A stretch of 51,448 bases of DNA from contig JANQRO010000187.1 in the NCBI GenBank assembly GCA_028284525.1, forward strand, positions 1 to 51,448, written 5' to 3'. Made by a program: the position numbers and the translations under genes. This DNA comes from Myxococcota bacterium (lineage in GTDB: Bacteria; Myxococcota_A; UBA9160; PR03). This document shows, in pieces, positions 18,622-28,229 of this stretch; position 1 is the stretch's first letter, and every line of letters begins with the position of its first letter. The notes under the pieces were generated by a model. It did no database searches and had not been told where the DNA came from. It saw only the letters and a program-made list of their open reading frames with translations.

Positions 18622-19465
18622 GCCCCCGTATCGACCGATCGGCCCCGGACCTTTCGCCGGCCGGACGTGTCGGCTCGGCGCCGCGGCGCGACCTTGGAGT
18701 CGCCTCGCCCGCTCGCCTGGCGACGAAGAACTCGTAGCCGTACCAGTCGGGAAAACGCCGTCGGAGCTCGATCTCGCGCTCGGTGGTGTCGAGGAGGGCC
18801 CGAGCGCTCCGATCTCCCGCGTAGCGGGCTCTGAGCGCCGGAAGCTTCGCGGCGAGGGGCGCGTAGTAGTGCTCCCACCAGGCGGTGTCCGGAAGGGTGA
18901 AGTGCCCGAGCGGGTCGTAGCCGGCGGCGCGGAGGGCCTCCAGGCGCGTCTCCACGTCTCGCACGGCCGGGTACTCCGCATTCCAGAACCCGACCAGGGG
19001 AGCCGGCGGGTGGGGCCGGAGCCACACCAACTCGGTGACCGCGAGGCGTCCCCCCGGCCGGAGCAGGCTCCGCCACGCGGCGAGGGCCGTCTCGAAGCCG
19101 GCGATGTAGGCCGCGCCCTCGCACCAGAGGAGGTCGAAGCTCTCCGCCGCGAAGGGCAAGGCCCTCATGTCCGCGACGAGGGCGGCGATCCGGAACGCGA
19201 CCTCGTCACGCGTGGCGCGCCTCTCGAGCTCCCGCAGGTACGCGGGGAGGAGATCCACGGCGGTGACGGTTCCGTCGAGGGCCCTCGCCAGGGCCACCGT
19301 TTGCATACCCGGGCCACATCCGATGTCGAGCACGCGAACGCCTGCCGGGAGCTCCCCACAAAGCGACAAGGCCCGCAGGGTGCTCTCGTCGCAGCCCGGC
19401 CCCTGTCTCGGGAGGCCGTGTTGGATCTCCAAGAACACGTCGAAGAGGTCGGGGTCCTCGATCAT
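18611..19465 (-). CDS. Class I SAM-dependent methyltransferase
   Basis: AAAGGA RBS; LPRQGPG, VLDIGCGPG, ADMRALPF, FDLLWCEGAAY, LRPGG, YGYEFFV. Confidence 0.9.
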   Translation of the reverse strand: MIEDPDLFDVFLEIQHGLPRQGPGCDESTLRALSLCGELPAGVRVLDIGCGPGMQTVALARALDGTVTAVDLLPAYLRELERRATRDEVAFRIAALVADMRALPFAAESFDLLWCEGAAYIAGFETALAAWRSLLRPGGRLAVTELVWLRPHPPAPLVGFWNAEYPAVRDVETRLEALRAAGYDPLGHFTLPDTAWWEHYYAPLAAKLPALRARYAGDRSARALLDTTEREIELRRRFPDWYGYEFFVARRAGEATPRSRRGAEPTRPAGERSGADRSIRGHGH

Positions 19466-19653
19466 CGAGTCCTTTCCGGGTTGCGGGGCGCGGCGGGGTG
19501 TCGCGACGTGTTCGAGGTGTCGTGGTGAGCGTCTGCGGGCGCGCGGCCCGGGCGCCCAGCGTTCTCGAGATCGTTCCGCGGCGCGGAGCCTAGCCGGTGG
19601 GCCCGCTGCGGAACGGGGGTGCGAGCGGCCGCGAGAGACGGCTGCGTTCGGGT

Positions 19654-19682
19654 TTGGAAGCGTCCGGCTCTCCCCGTATGAT
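19654..19682 (+). promoter_or_regulatory. Sigma70-type promoter TTGGAA-N17-TATGAT
   Basis: TTGGAA 19654-19659, exactly 17 nt spacer, TATGAT 19677-19682; in-frame GTG lies 6 nt downstream. Confidence 0.65.
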
Positions 19683-19688
19683 TGGGGG

Positions 19689-19991
19689 GTGGTGAGAAGC
19701 CGAGTCGGCAAAATGTTCACGGTCGGAGCGCTCGCGCTCCTGGTTCTCGCCTACGGCGGCGTCTCCGCGTCGCACCACCACGACCTGGACGACCACGGCG
19801 AGCGTCTCGACCACACCTGTTTCGTCTGCGAGACGTCGTCGCCGCTCGATGCGACCGGGGCGGTGTCCCCGTCGCTTGTCGCGTTGCCCCCGGAGTGGTC
19901 CCGCCCGCTTCCCGCGCACCCGGGGGTCGTCGCGGAGATCACCCGACGCCCGGGCGCCGCGCGCGCTCCGCCCGCGCTTCCGTCCCGCTGA
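19689..19991 (+). CDS. DUF2946/CruR-like leader peptide with CxxC and C-terminal RAPP motif
   Basis: (M)VRSRVGKMFTVGALALLVLAYGGVSASHHHDLDDHGERLDHTCFVC...RRPGAARAPPALPSR*; basic N-terminus, hydrophobic helix, His cluster, CxxC, RAPP (codons 19962-19973). Alternative ATG at 19713. Confidence 0.8.
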   Translation: MVRSRVGKMFTVGALALLVLAYGGVSASHHHDLDDHGERLDHTCFVCETSSPLDATGAVSPSLVALPPEWSRPLPAHPGVVAEITRRPGAARAPPALPSR

Positions 19992-20079
19992 GCCCACCCC
20001 GAAGTTCCGACCTGCGCTCGCGCCGCGCGGCCCGTCCGCGCCGGTCGCCTCACCCCCTGTCCGAAGGAGGGCCGGAGAC

Positions 20080-20211
20080 ATGGGTCCCCCCTGCACCTGG
20101 CCGATCGACTCGACGGGTCGCCCACGCCGCCTGTACGGCGGTGGCGACCGCGGGTCCACCCGAACACGCGTCGCGGCGCCGGTCGCTGGAGCCGGCCCGA
20201 GGGTCCGATGA
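20080..20211 (+). CDS. Putative 43-aa small ORF
   Basis: AAGGAGG at 20064-20070, ATG 20080; MGPPCTWPIDSTGRPRRLYGG...GPRVR*; stop overlaps the next start (ATGA). No recognisable motif. Confidence 0.4.
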   Translation: MGPPCTWPIDSTGRPRRLYGGGDRGSTRTRVAAPVAGAGPRVR

Positions 20212-20435
20212 GTAAACGAGAACACGACGAGACCTGTCGGGCGCTGACCCACCTCATCGAGCGCTCCCTCGAGGGGCATTCGTCGCGGTGGGTGCTGGTC
20301 GTGTCGCACCCCCACGAGAGCGAGGAGGCGGCCTACGTCCAGACCTACGCGAACGTCGACGATTCCACGCTCGCGCCGATGCTCCGGGCGGCAGCCAGGA
20401 TGCTCGACAAGCACCGCCGGAGGGTCGCGCATTGA
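20208..20435 (+). CDS. Hypothetical 75-aa protein
   Basis: MSKREHDETCRALTHLIE...VVSHPHESEE...RVAH*; natural composition and GC3-biased codons. Confidence 0.65.
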   Translation: MSKREHDETCRALTHLIERSLEGHSSRWVLVVSHPHESEEAAYVQTYANVDDSTLAPMLRAAARMLDKHRRRVAH

Positions 20436-20683
20436 ACCCCCAGCGATTCACCCACGGACAGCAGCTCGCCGCGCTCGTGGTCTCGTGGCGTCTGCGGACC
20501 ACCTTCCACCACGCGCTCGACATGGTCGCGCGGCCCTACCGGGGGAACGTGTCGGGGTTCTGGGAGAGGGCGGCCGCCACCCTGCTGGCGGGACGGCTCC
20601 CCGAGCCGGAGACAGAGCTCCGGGAGGGCTCACGATGCGCCTGCCCGGATTGCCCGGCCTCGGTCGTGTCCCGTCCCGGGTAG
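20432..20683 (+). CDS. Hypothetical 83-aa protein with C-terminal CxCxxC
   Basis: GGAGG 20419-20423, TTG start overlapping the upstream TGA (TTGA); (M)NPQRFTHGQQLAALVVSWRLRTTFHHALDM...RCACPDCPAS. Confidence 0.55.
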   Translation: MNPQRFTHGQQLAALVVSWRLRTTFHHALDMVARPYRGNVSGFWERAAATLLAGRLPEPETELREGSRCACPDCPASVVSRPG

Positions 20684-20827
20684 AGACGGGCGCGGTCCAC
20701 GCGACCTCGAGGCCTGCGCGCGGCGCCCGACCTCGGGGCCCGCGCGCGCTCGAGGCGCTGCGATCTGCTACCCGTCCCTGCACCCGACCGCACGAACGCT
20801 TCGACGACGGCCTGGATGGGGGTGAGC

Positions 20828-21382
20828 ATGAAGCGAGTGGTGTTGGTTCTTCTTCTCGTGGCGGGATGGGTCGCTCCGGCGCCCGCCGAGACGGGGTTCC
20901 AGTTCGCCGCCGGAACGACGCGGGTCCCCGACGACCCGCACGTCGACGGGTTCCGGATCTCGTTCTTCCACGGGGAGAACGAGCGGATGAACGGGTTCGA
21001 TTTCGGGATCCTGTCCCTGAGCTCGACCCGGGACCGGTCGGGGCTGGCGACGATCTTCGGGGTCAGTCGGACGACCGGCACCTCCTCGGGGCTCAACGCC
21101 GCGTTCATGATCGTGCACGAGGGCGAGGCCAGCGGGGTGAACGCGGGGTTTCTCAACTTCGTGAAGACGCTGAAGTCGGGGCTCAACCTCGGCTTCATCA
21201 ACGTCACCGAGGGATTCAGCTCGATGGACCTCAGCGGGATCGGTGTGTCCGACCGATCGAACGTCCAGGTGGGCTTCATCAACGTGACGAAGAAGATCGA
21301 GAACTTTCAATTCGGCTTTGTGAACATCGCCGAGAACGGGTTTCTCCCGGTCTTTCCGATCTTCAACGTCCCGAAGCAGTAG
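20828..21382 (+). CDS. Secreted LA_2272/VC2662-like repeat protein
   Basis: Signal peptide MKRVVLVLLLVAGWVAPAPA; repeats GVNAGFLN, GLNLGFIN, VQVGFIN, FQFGFVN; C-terminal NGFLPVFPIFN. Confidence 0.75.
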   Translation: MKRVVLVLLLVAGWVAPAPAETGFQFAAGTTRVPDDPHVDGFRISFFHGENERMNGFDFGILSLSSTRDRSGLATIFGVSRTTGTSSGLNAAFMIVHEGEASGVNAGFLNFVKTLKSGLNLGFINVTEGFSSMDLSGIGVSDRSNVQVGFINVTKKIENFQFGFVNIAENGFLPVFPIFNVPKQ

Positions 21383-21568
21383 CCCGTCGCGCGCCGGGGG
21401 ACCGCCAACGCGATCCCCCTGGCGGCGTCTCGGCGATCTGCCGGTAGACTCGGCCTGCGCGACCCCCGGATCCAGCCAATGCGACGAGCCCTTCGGACAC
21501 GGGTGCGGCCGCGGGCCCGGATCCCGCGACGCGGTGCGGCCCGCGGCCGCCCGCGAGGAGAACTCCAC

Positions 21569-22969
21569 GTGACCGATCGAGGCGACACCCGCCCTGTGCC
21601 CACGAATTGCCCGTCGCTCCGCGCGCGGATCCCGACACGGTGGAGCGGGGTGATCCTCGCGCTCGGGCTCGTGTGGGGCGCGCTCCCCGCCCTCGCGGAC
21701 AACACCGCAGTCCGACCCGGCTCGGTGATCGACGCCCGCAACGTCCAGACGATCGCGCCGTGGGTTCCCGAGCCGCTGCGTCCCTATACGATCGACGGGT
21801 TCGACGACCTGCGCATGGAGATCGTCGCCACCGAGGACTACCCGCTCCATCCGAAGTACGTCGAGGCCACCGTGAAGTTCGCCTGTCAGGCCTCGTTGGG
21901 TCCCGATCGACAGCTGCGTGACTACACGGCGGGTCAGCCCTTTCCCCACTCGACCTGGGCGGTCGAAGCGACGTCGCACGCCTGCGATCTCGATCTCGCC
22001 GGGCCCGACGCGGGGCTCCGCCTCGCGTGGAACATCAACCACCGGTGGGTGGGGGGCGGGATCGTGATGCCCCACCAGGCCCAGAGCTTCTGGCGCGCCG
22101 CCGGGGACAACACCTGGAAGTACGCGCACTCCCACTACCGCCGCACCTACTTCAGCCACCGGGCCGATCTCCTCCCGGGCACCACCATGCTCGTCCCCGA
22201 CACCGACGTCGAGTGGGCCGAGTACACCGAGCTGGTGGCCCCCTTCGACCTGCGGGGGTTCTCGATCCTGGCCTTCCGCTACCGCGATTCCCGGGCGCGC
22301 CCCGACGACGCCTGGAGCTACGTCCCGAGTCTCCGGCGGGTGCGGCGGATCTCGGCGGAAGAGAAAGCGGACGCGTTGGTCGGGTCCGACTTCACCCTCG
22401 AGGACTTCTACCTCTTCTCGGGCTACGTGTGGGACCAGGACTGGGTGTACCACGGGGAGTCCGAGATGCTCGTCCCGCTCGATACGGCGCGCCGCTGCTT
22501 CCCGCTGAACCTCCCGTCGTGGGACGGGACGATCGGAGACCTCGGCGACGAATCGGACTTTCGCTCCTGTCGCTTCGGTCCCTACGACGCCCTGCCCTTT
22601 GTCGACGAGCGCTGGCAGGTCCGCACGGTGTTCACGCTCGAGCAGCGCCCGAAGCGCGAAGACCACCCCTACTCGCGCAAGCTCCTGTGGTTCGACAAAG
22701 AGACCTACGCACCGATCGCGTTCCTCGCCTACGACCGCGACGGTCAGCCCTTCCGGACCACCTGGTACGTCCACGATTGGAGCGAGACCGACGGGCGACC
22801 CGAAACGCAGGGGCACTACGCTCCGCTGATCGTCGCCAGCATGGTGGCCAACGTCCAGCGAGGGGTGTCGAACCTGATGCTGACCTTCGGCACCGACGGA
22901 GACGACCTGAGCGCCGCCGAGGCGCGGCGTCTCTTCGACGTCACCCGGCTCAAGCGCAAGGCGCGCTGA
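21569..22969 (+). CDS. DUF1329 family periplasmic protein
   Basis: GAGGAG + GTG; signal-like segment; YTAGQPFP, AGLRLAWN, PFDLRG, DDAWSYVPSLRRVRRISA, HPYSRK.LWFDKET. Confidence 0.85.
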   Translation: MTDRGDTRPVPTNCPSLRARIPTRWSGVILALGLVWGALPALADNTAVRPGSVIDARNVQTIAPWVPEPLRPYTIDGFDDLRMEIVATEDYPLHPKYVEATVKFACQASLGPDRQLRDYTAGQPFPHSTWAVEATSHACDLDLAGPDAGLRLAWNINHRWVGGGIVMPHQAQSFWRAAGDNTWKYAHSHYRRTYFSHRADLLPGTTMLVPDTDVEWAEYTELVAPFDLRGFSILAFRYRDSRARPDDAWSYVPSLRRVRRISAEEKADALVGSDFTLEDFYLFSGYVWDQDWVYHGESEMLVPLDTARRCFPLNLPSWDGTIGDLGDESDFRSCRFGPYDALPFVDERWQVRTVFTLEQRPKREDHPYSRKLLWFDKETYAPIAFLAYDRDGQPFRTTWYVHDWSETDGRPETQGHYAPLIVASMVANVQRGVSNLMLTFGTDGDDLSAAEARRLFDVTRLKRKAR

Positions 22970-23054
22970 GACGTATCGCCCCCCGACCGGGCCGATCGGG
23001 AGCCGGTGGACCGCTCCCGACGACGCCGCCCGCTCGCCCGCGAAAGGAAGACCC

Positions 23055-23741
<687 letters not shown>

Positions 23742-23817
23742 ACGGCACGAGCGCCGTGCAGCGCCGGCGGGCCGGGTTTACACTCGGGCTGGCGACACAC
23801 GTCCAAGGAGGCCACCC

Positions 23818-24258
23818 GTGGAGTTGTTCGACCCGACCCAGCTGAACTGGATCGAGCTCAAAGGCGGTGAGGAGTTCGACTACCCGATCGACTACGCCTT
23901 CGCCGTGCTCAGCGCCCGGCCCGACGGTCACATCGACGTGGTGTTTCGCTGGGAGCCCAACTCGTACTGCCACTTCCACCGCCACCTCGTCGACACGACC
24001 ACCACCGTGCTCCGGGGCGAGCACCACCTGATCGAGATGGACCAGGGTGTGGAGCTCGAGCACAAGGTGCGCGTCGCCGGCGACTACGCCCACAAGCCCG
24101 CCGGCGACGTCCACATGGAGTACGCCGGCCCGTCGGGGTCGATGCTGCTCTTCAATATGTACGCCCCCGACGGACGTCTCTTCGAGATCCTCGACAAGGA
24201 CGAGAACGTCCTCGGCGAGGCGACGATCGAGAATCTCGTGTCCGGCCGCCTCGGCTGA
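23818..24258 (+). CDS. Cupin-fold protein
   Basis: AAGGAGG RBS; YCHFHRH...VLRGEHH...GDVHME cupin motifs. Confidence 0.8.
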   Translation: MELFDPTQLNWIELKGGEEFDYPIDYAFAVLSARPDGHIDVVFRWEPNSYCHFHRHLVDTTTTVLRGEHHLIEMDQGVELEHKVRVAGDYAHKPAGDVHMEYAGPSGSMLLFNMYAPDGRLFEILDKDENVLGEATIENLVSGRLG

Positions 24259-24304
24259 TCGGCGCCGCCCTCGAGCCTCGGTGGGACCGCGGAGGGGCCT
24301 TGTG

Positions 24305-25261
24305 ATGCTGACCACACGGGTCTGCGAGCCCGCGCTCCTCGAGAAGGACCTGGCGGGTCGCGTCTACGTCGTCACCGGCGCGAACTCCGGGGTGGGGCGG
24401 GCGACCGCGGAACAACTCGCGCGCCAGGGAGCGCGCGTCGTCGCGGGATGCCGGCGGGTCGACGCCGGGGCAGCGGCCTTCGTCGGGCTCGGCGAGGTTC
24501 CGGGTTCGGTGGAGGTGGTGGAGCTCGACCTCGGCCGCCTCGACTCGGTGCGCGTCTTCGCCGAGGCCTTCGCGGCGCGCGCCGATCGCCTCGACGGTCT
24601 GGTGAACAACGCCGGGGTCATGATGTGTCCGGAGGGACGCACCGCGGACGGCTTCGAGACCCAGCTCGGGGTGAACCACCTGGGGCACTTCCTGTTGACC
24701 GAGCTGCTCCTCGACACGCTCCGCGCCAGCGCGCCCTCGCGCATCGTGTGTGTCTCGAGCGTGCTCCACGTGGGAACGCGCAAGCAGGTGGGCGAGATCG
24801 ACCTCGACGACCCTCACTTCGAACGCCGACCCTACGACAAGACCCTGTCCTACACCCAGTCGAAGCTGGCCAATGTGCTCCACGCCGCCGAGCTGGCGCG
24901 GCGGCTCGGAGACAGCGGCGTGTCGGCGTTCTCCGTACACCCCGGCTGGGTGCGCACCAACCTGGTGCAGCACACCATGCCGGCGTGGGTGCAGAACGTG
25001 GTGATGCGCCCCTTCAGCGGGCTGCTGGGGATGATCTCCCCCGAGGAGGGGGCGCAGACCAGCCTCCACTGTCTCCTCGACGACGACGCGCCGCGACACA
25101 GCGGTGCCTACTACAGCCAGCACAGCCTGCTCTATCCCCGCAAAGAGCACCGCTCGGGGGGCTGGCCGATGACGTCGCCCAACCCCAACGCGCGCGACGC
25201 GGAGCTCGCCGCGCGGCTCTACGAGCGCAGCCGCGAGTGGGTCGGGCTCGCGTCGGCTTGA
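24305..25261 (+). CDS. SDR, retinol-dehydrogenase-like
   Basis: TGANSGVG, LVNNAGVM, FETQLGVNHLGHFLLT, YTQSKLAN, HPGWVRT. Confidence 0.92.
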   Translation: MLTTRVCEPALLEKDLAGRVYVVTGANSGVGRATAEQLARQGARVVAGCRRVDAGAAAFVGLGEVPGSVEVVELDLGRLDSVRVFAEAFAARADRLDGLVNNAGVMMCPEGRTADGFETQLGVNHLGHFLLTELLLDTLRASAPSRIVCVSSVLHVGTRKQVGEIDLDDPHFERRPYDKTLSYTQSKLANVLHAAELARRLGDSGVSAFSVHPGWVRTNLVQHTMPAWVQNVVMRPFSGLLGMISPEEGAQTSLHCLLDDDAPRHSGAYYSQHSLLYPRKEHRSGGWPMTSPNPNARDAELAARLYERSREWVGLASA

Positions 25262-25283
25262 TCCGTGGAGACGGCCGCTCCGG

Positions 25284-26789
25284 TCAGACCGGATCGGCGC
25301 CGAGACGGGGAATCGGGTGGGTGCCGAGGGCGACGCACACGTTCTTCGTCTCCATGAAGAACTCGAAGCTGTAGTCGCCGCCGTCGCGACCGATGCCCGA
25401 GGCCTTCATGCCGCCGAAGGGCGCGGGGAGATGGCGGTTGTTCTCGGAGTTGAGCCAGATCATCCCGGCGTCGAGGTCTCGGGCGAGACGGTGACCACGC
25501 TCGAGGTCGCCGGTCCACACGTAGGCCGCGAGGCCGTAGCGCACGTCGTTGGCGAGGCGCAGCGCCTCCGCCTCGTCGGCGAAGGGCACGACGGTGAGGA
25601 CGGGGCCGAAGATCTCCTCCTGCGCCACCCGCATCGCGTTGTGCGCACCGAGGAGCAGCGAGGGGGGCGTGCAGGGTGGCGTCGCGGCGGGGGCGCTCAC
25701 GACCTGGGCGCCCTCTTCCGCCGCGATCTCCAGATAGCGCGCGACCTTGGCGCGGTGGGTGGGGTGGATCAAGGGGCCGAGCTCGGTGTCCGGGTCGAGG
25801 GGGTCGCCGACGCGGATGCCCGCGAGGCGGGCGCGGAGGCGGTCCGCGAACACGTCGTGGATGCTCTCCTCGACGAGGAGCCGGCTGCTCGAGGTGCAGC
25901 GCTCCCCGTTGAGGCTGAAGATCATGAAGACCACGGCTTCGAGGGCGCGATCGAGATCGGCGTCTCCGAACACCAGCACCGGATTCTTCCCGCCGAGCTC
26001 GAAGTGCACGCGCTTCAAGGTCGGCGCTCCCTGCGCCATGATCGCCGCCCCGGTGGCGGACTCGCCGACGAAGGCGATGGCGCGGATCGGCAGGGCCTCG
26101 GTGAGGGCGCGCCCGGCGACCTCGCCCACGCCGTGGACGGTGTTGAGCACTCCGTCCGGGAGTCCCGCATCGCGGGCGATCTCGGCCAGGAGCACCGCGG
26201 AGAGGGGACTCCACTCTGCGGGCTTGTGGACGACGGTGCAGCCCGAGGCCAGCGCCGGTGCGATCTTCCACGTGGAGAGCATGAAGGGCGTGTTCCACGG
26301 AGTGATCACGCCGACGGGTCCGATCGGCTGCCGCAACGTGTAGTTGAGGTGGCGCTCGGCGGGGAGCGCGAGCCCGTCGCGGGCGCTCTCGGCGCGGTCG
26401 GCGAAGAAGCGGAAGTTCTCGGCCGCTCGCGCCGCCGCCTTGCTCATGAAGCGGATGGGCTGGCCGGTGTCGCTCGATTCGACCAGGGCGATTTCGTCGG
26501 CGCGGGCCTCGATCCCGTCGGCGATGCGGTGGAGCAGCGCCTTGCGGGGCGCCCCGCCGAGGGAGGCCCAGGGACCGAAGGCGTCCTCCGCCGCCCTGGC
26601 CGCACGCTCGACGTCTGCGGGCTGTCCTGCGGCCACGCGCGCCAGGAGCGCGTCGTCGAAGGGCGCCCTCGTCTCGAAGGTCTCGCCCGCGACGGGCTCG
26701 AAGCGACCGCCGACGAAGTGACCGACCGGGGTGTCGCGGAAGCGGACCAACGCGGCGTCGGCGCGGGCGCGGTGCTCGGCGAGGCTCAC
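25284..26789 (-). CDS. hpaE: 5-carboxymethyl-2-hydroxymuconate semialdehyde dehydrogenase
   Basis: DTGQPIRFM, RAAENFRFFAD, ITPWNTPFMLSTWKIAPALA, ELGGKNP, FSLNGERCTSSSR, GIGRDGGDYSFEF; GTGA overlap with hpaF. Confidence 0.93.
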   Translation of the reverse strand: MSLAEHRARADAALVRFRDTPVGHFVGGRFEPVAGETFETRAPFDDALLARVAAGQPADVERAARAAEDAFGPWASLGGAPRKALLHRIADGIEARADEIALVESSDTGQPIRFMSKAAARAAENFRFFADRAESARDGLALPAERHLNYTLRQPIGPVGVITPWNTPFMLSTWKIAPALASGCTVVHKPAEWSPLSAVLLAEIARDAGLPDGVLNTVHGVGEVAGRALTEALPIRAIAFVGESATGAAIMAQGAPTLKRVHFELGGKNPVLVFGDADLDRALEAVVFMIFSLNGERCTSSSRLLVEESIHDVFADRLRARLAGIRVGDPLDPDTELGPLIHPTHRAKVARYLEIAAEEGAQVVSAPAATPPCTPPSLLLGAHNAMRVAQEEIFGPVLTVVPFADEAEALRLANDVRYGLAAYVWTGDLERGHRLARDLDAGMIWLNSENNRHLPAPFGGMKASGIGRDGGDYSFEFFMETKNVCVALGTHPIPRLGADPV

Positions 26790-27187
26790 GGGTCCCCCCC
26801 TTGTCGCTCGCGCACGCGCTCGTGGATCGTGTTCTGACGCCACGCGAAGACGCCGTCGATCTCCCGGATCTCGATCGACAGCGCGAGCGATGCCCAATGG
26901 GGCGTGTCGCGGAACGCGGTGCACAGCGTCTCCATCAACGCCTCGCCGACCCGCTTCTTGGTCTCGGTGTCGCGGCCGGCGCCGAGCCGCACCTGGAGGT
27001 CGAGAAAGGCGTTCTCCGGGGCGCCGTCGGCGATCGCGGCGAGATCGCAACGGACGGCTCGCGTTCGGGTGCCGCCCAGGGGAAAGACCCCCGTGGCGAG
27101 GGCGGTGTCGTGTACGCGCTGCACGACGTCGCGCTCGCGTACGGTCGCGTCGAGGTTGGCGGAGTACTGGATCTCTAGGTGCGGCAC
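26786..27187 (-). CDS. hpaF: 5-carboxymethyl-2-hydroxymuconate isomerase
   Basis: N-terminal catalytic Pro (M)PHLEIQYSANL, GVFPLGGTRTRA, AIADG, LGAGR, NTIH; GAGGAG RBS. Confidence 0.92.
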   Translation of the reverse strand: MPHLEIQYSANLDATVRERDVVQRVHDTALATGVFPLGGTRTRAVRCDLAAIADGAPENAFLDLQVRLGAGRDTETKKRVGEALMETLCTAFRDTPHWASLALSIEIREIDGVFAWRQNTIHERVRERQGGDP

Positions 27188-27246
27188 GGCTCGCTCCTCG
27201 CGGCGCCAACGGGTACCGTGCGCCGGCCAGAGAATGGGAGAACGGG

Positions 27247-28098
27247 ATGCGGATCGCGAGCTTCGAACGCCCGACGGGCGGCGTGGGGTACGGACGGATC
27301 GAGGGGGCGGGGATCGTCGACCTCGGGGCACGACGCGGCGATGACACCCTCCTCGAGGTCCTCGCGGAGCCCGCCCGGGCGGAGGAGGCCGCGGGGGCGC
27401 CGGCGGACTACGGCCTCGACGAGGTCGTGTTGCTGCCGCCGATTCCCCGGCCGCCACGGATCCTGTGTGTCGGGGTCAACTATCTCGACCGCAACGCCGA
27501 ATACCGCGACGGGAGCGAGGCGCCCCGCTACCCGAGCCTGTTCATGCGCGCCCCCGCGTCCTTCGTGGGCCACGGGGGCGCGATCTGGCGCCCTCCGGAG
27601 TCCGACCAGCTCGACTACGAGGGAGAGATTGCGTTGGTCATCGGGCGCGGCGGCCGAAGGATCCCCCGCGAGCGCGCGGGAGCGCACATCGCGGGGATCA
27701 CCTGTTGCAACGAGGGCGGGGTTCGCGACTGGATCCGTCACGGCAAGTTCAACGTCACCCAGGGGAAGAACTTCGACCGCAGCGGCGCCATGGGTCCCTG
27801 GCTGGTGAGCGCCGACGAGGTGGATCCTCTCGGCACCCTCGCGGTGGACACGCGGGTGAACGACGAAGCGCGTCAGCACGACACCACCGACCACCTGGCC
27901 TTTCCCTTCGACTTTCTGCTCCACTACATCTCGACCTTCACCACCCTCGAGTGCGGCGACGTCATCTCCACCGGGACGCCGCGGGGGGCGGGGATCCACC
28001 GGGACCCGCCGGTGTTTCTGGCGCCGGGCGACGTGGTCGAGGTGGAGGTCTCGGGCGTGGGCACCTTGCGCAACGTCGTGGTCGACGAGCCCGCCTAG
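27247..28098 (+). CDS. Fumarylacetoacetate-hydrolase family protein (HpaG-like decarboxylase/isomerase)
   Basis: ILCVGVNY, QLDYEGEIALVIG, NEGGVRDW, QGKNFD..G.MGPW, GDVISTGTP; located within the hpa cluster. Confidence 0.88.
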   Translation: MRIASFERPTGGVGYGRIEGAGIVDLGARRGDDTLLEVLAEPARAEEAAGAPADYGLDEVVLLPPIPRPPRILCVGVNYLDRNAEYRDGSEAPRYPSLFMRAPASFVGHGGAIWRPPESDQLDYEGEIALVIGRGGRRIPRERAGAHIAGITCCNEGGVRDWIRHGKFNVTQGKNFDRSGAMGPWLVSADEVDPLGTLAVDTRVNDEARQHDTTDHLAFPFDFLLHYISTFTTLECGDVISTGTPRGAGIHRDPPVFLAPGDVVEVEVSGVGTLRNVVVDEPA

Positions 28099-28187
28099 AC
28101 CCATCGGGGGGCCCGCGGTGGCCCCGGCCGCGGGAAGAGCGGGATCGAGCGCCAGGTCTTCGGGAGTCGCGATCGACGAGGCCACTC

Positions 28188-28218
28188 ACTTATGATAGAA
28201 ATAATTCATATCGAAAGT
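28188..28218. promoter_or_regulatory. AT-rich imperfect inverted repeat upstream of hpaR (candidate HpaR operator/promoter)
   Basis: ACTTATGATAGAAATAATTCATATCGAAAGT: strongly AT-rich in a GC-rich background, with ACTT...AAGT ends and GATA/TATC inner symmetry. Confidence 0.5.
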
Positions 28219-28229
28219 AAAGAGGTCGA

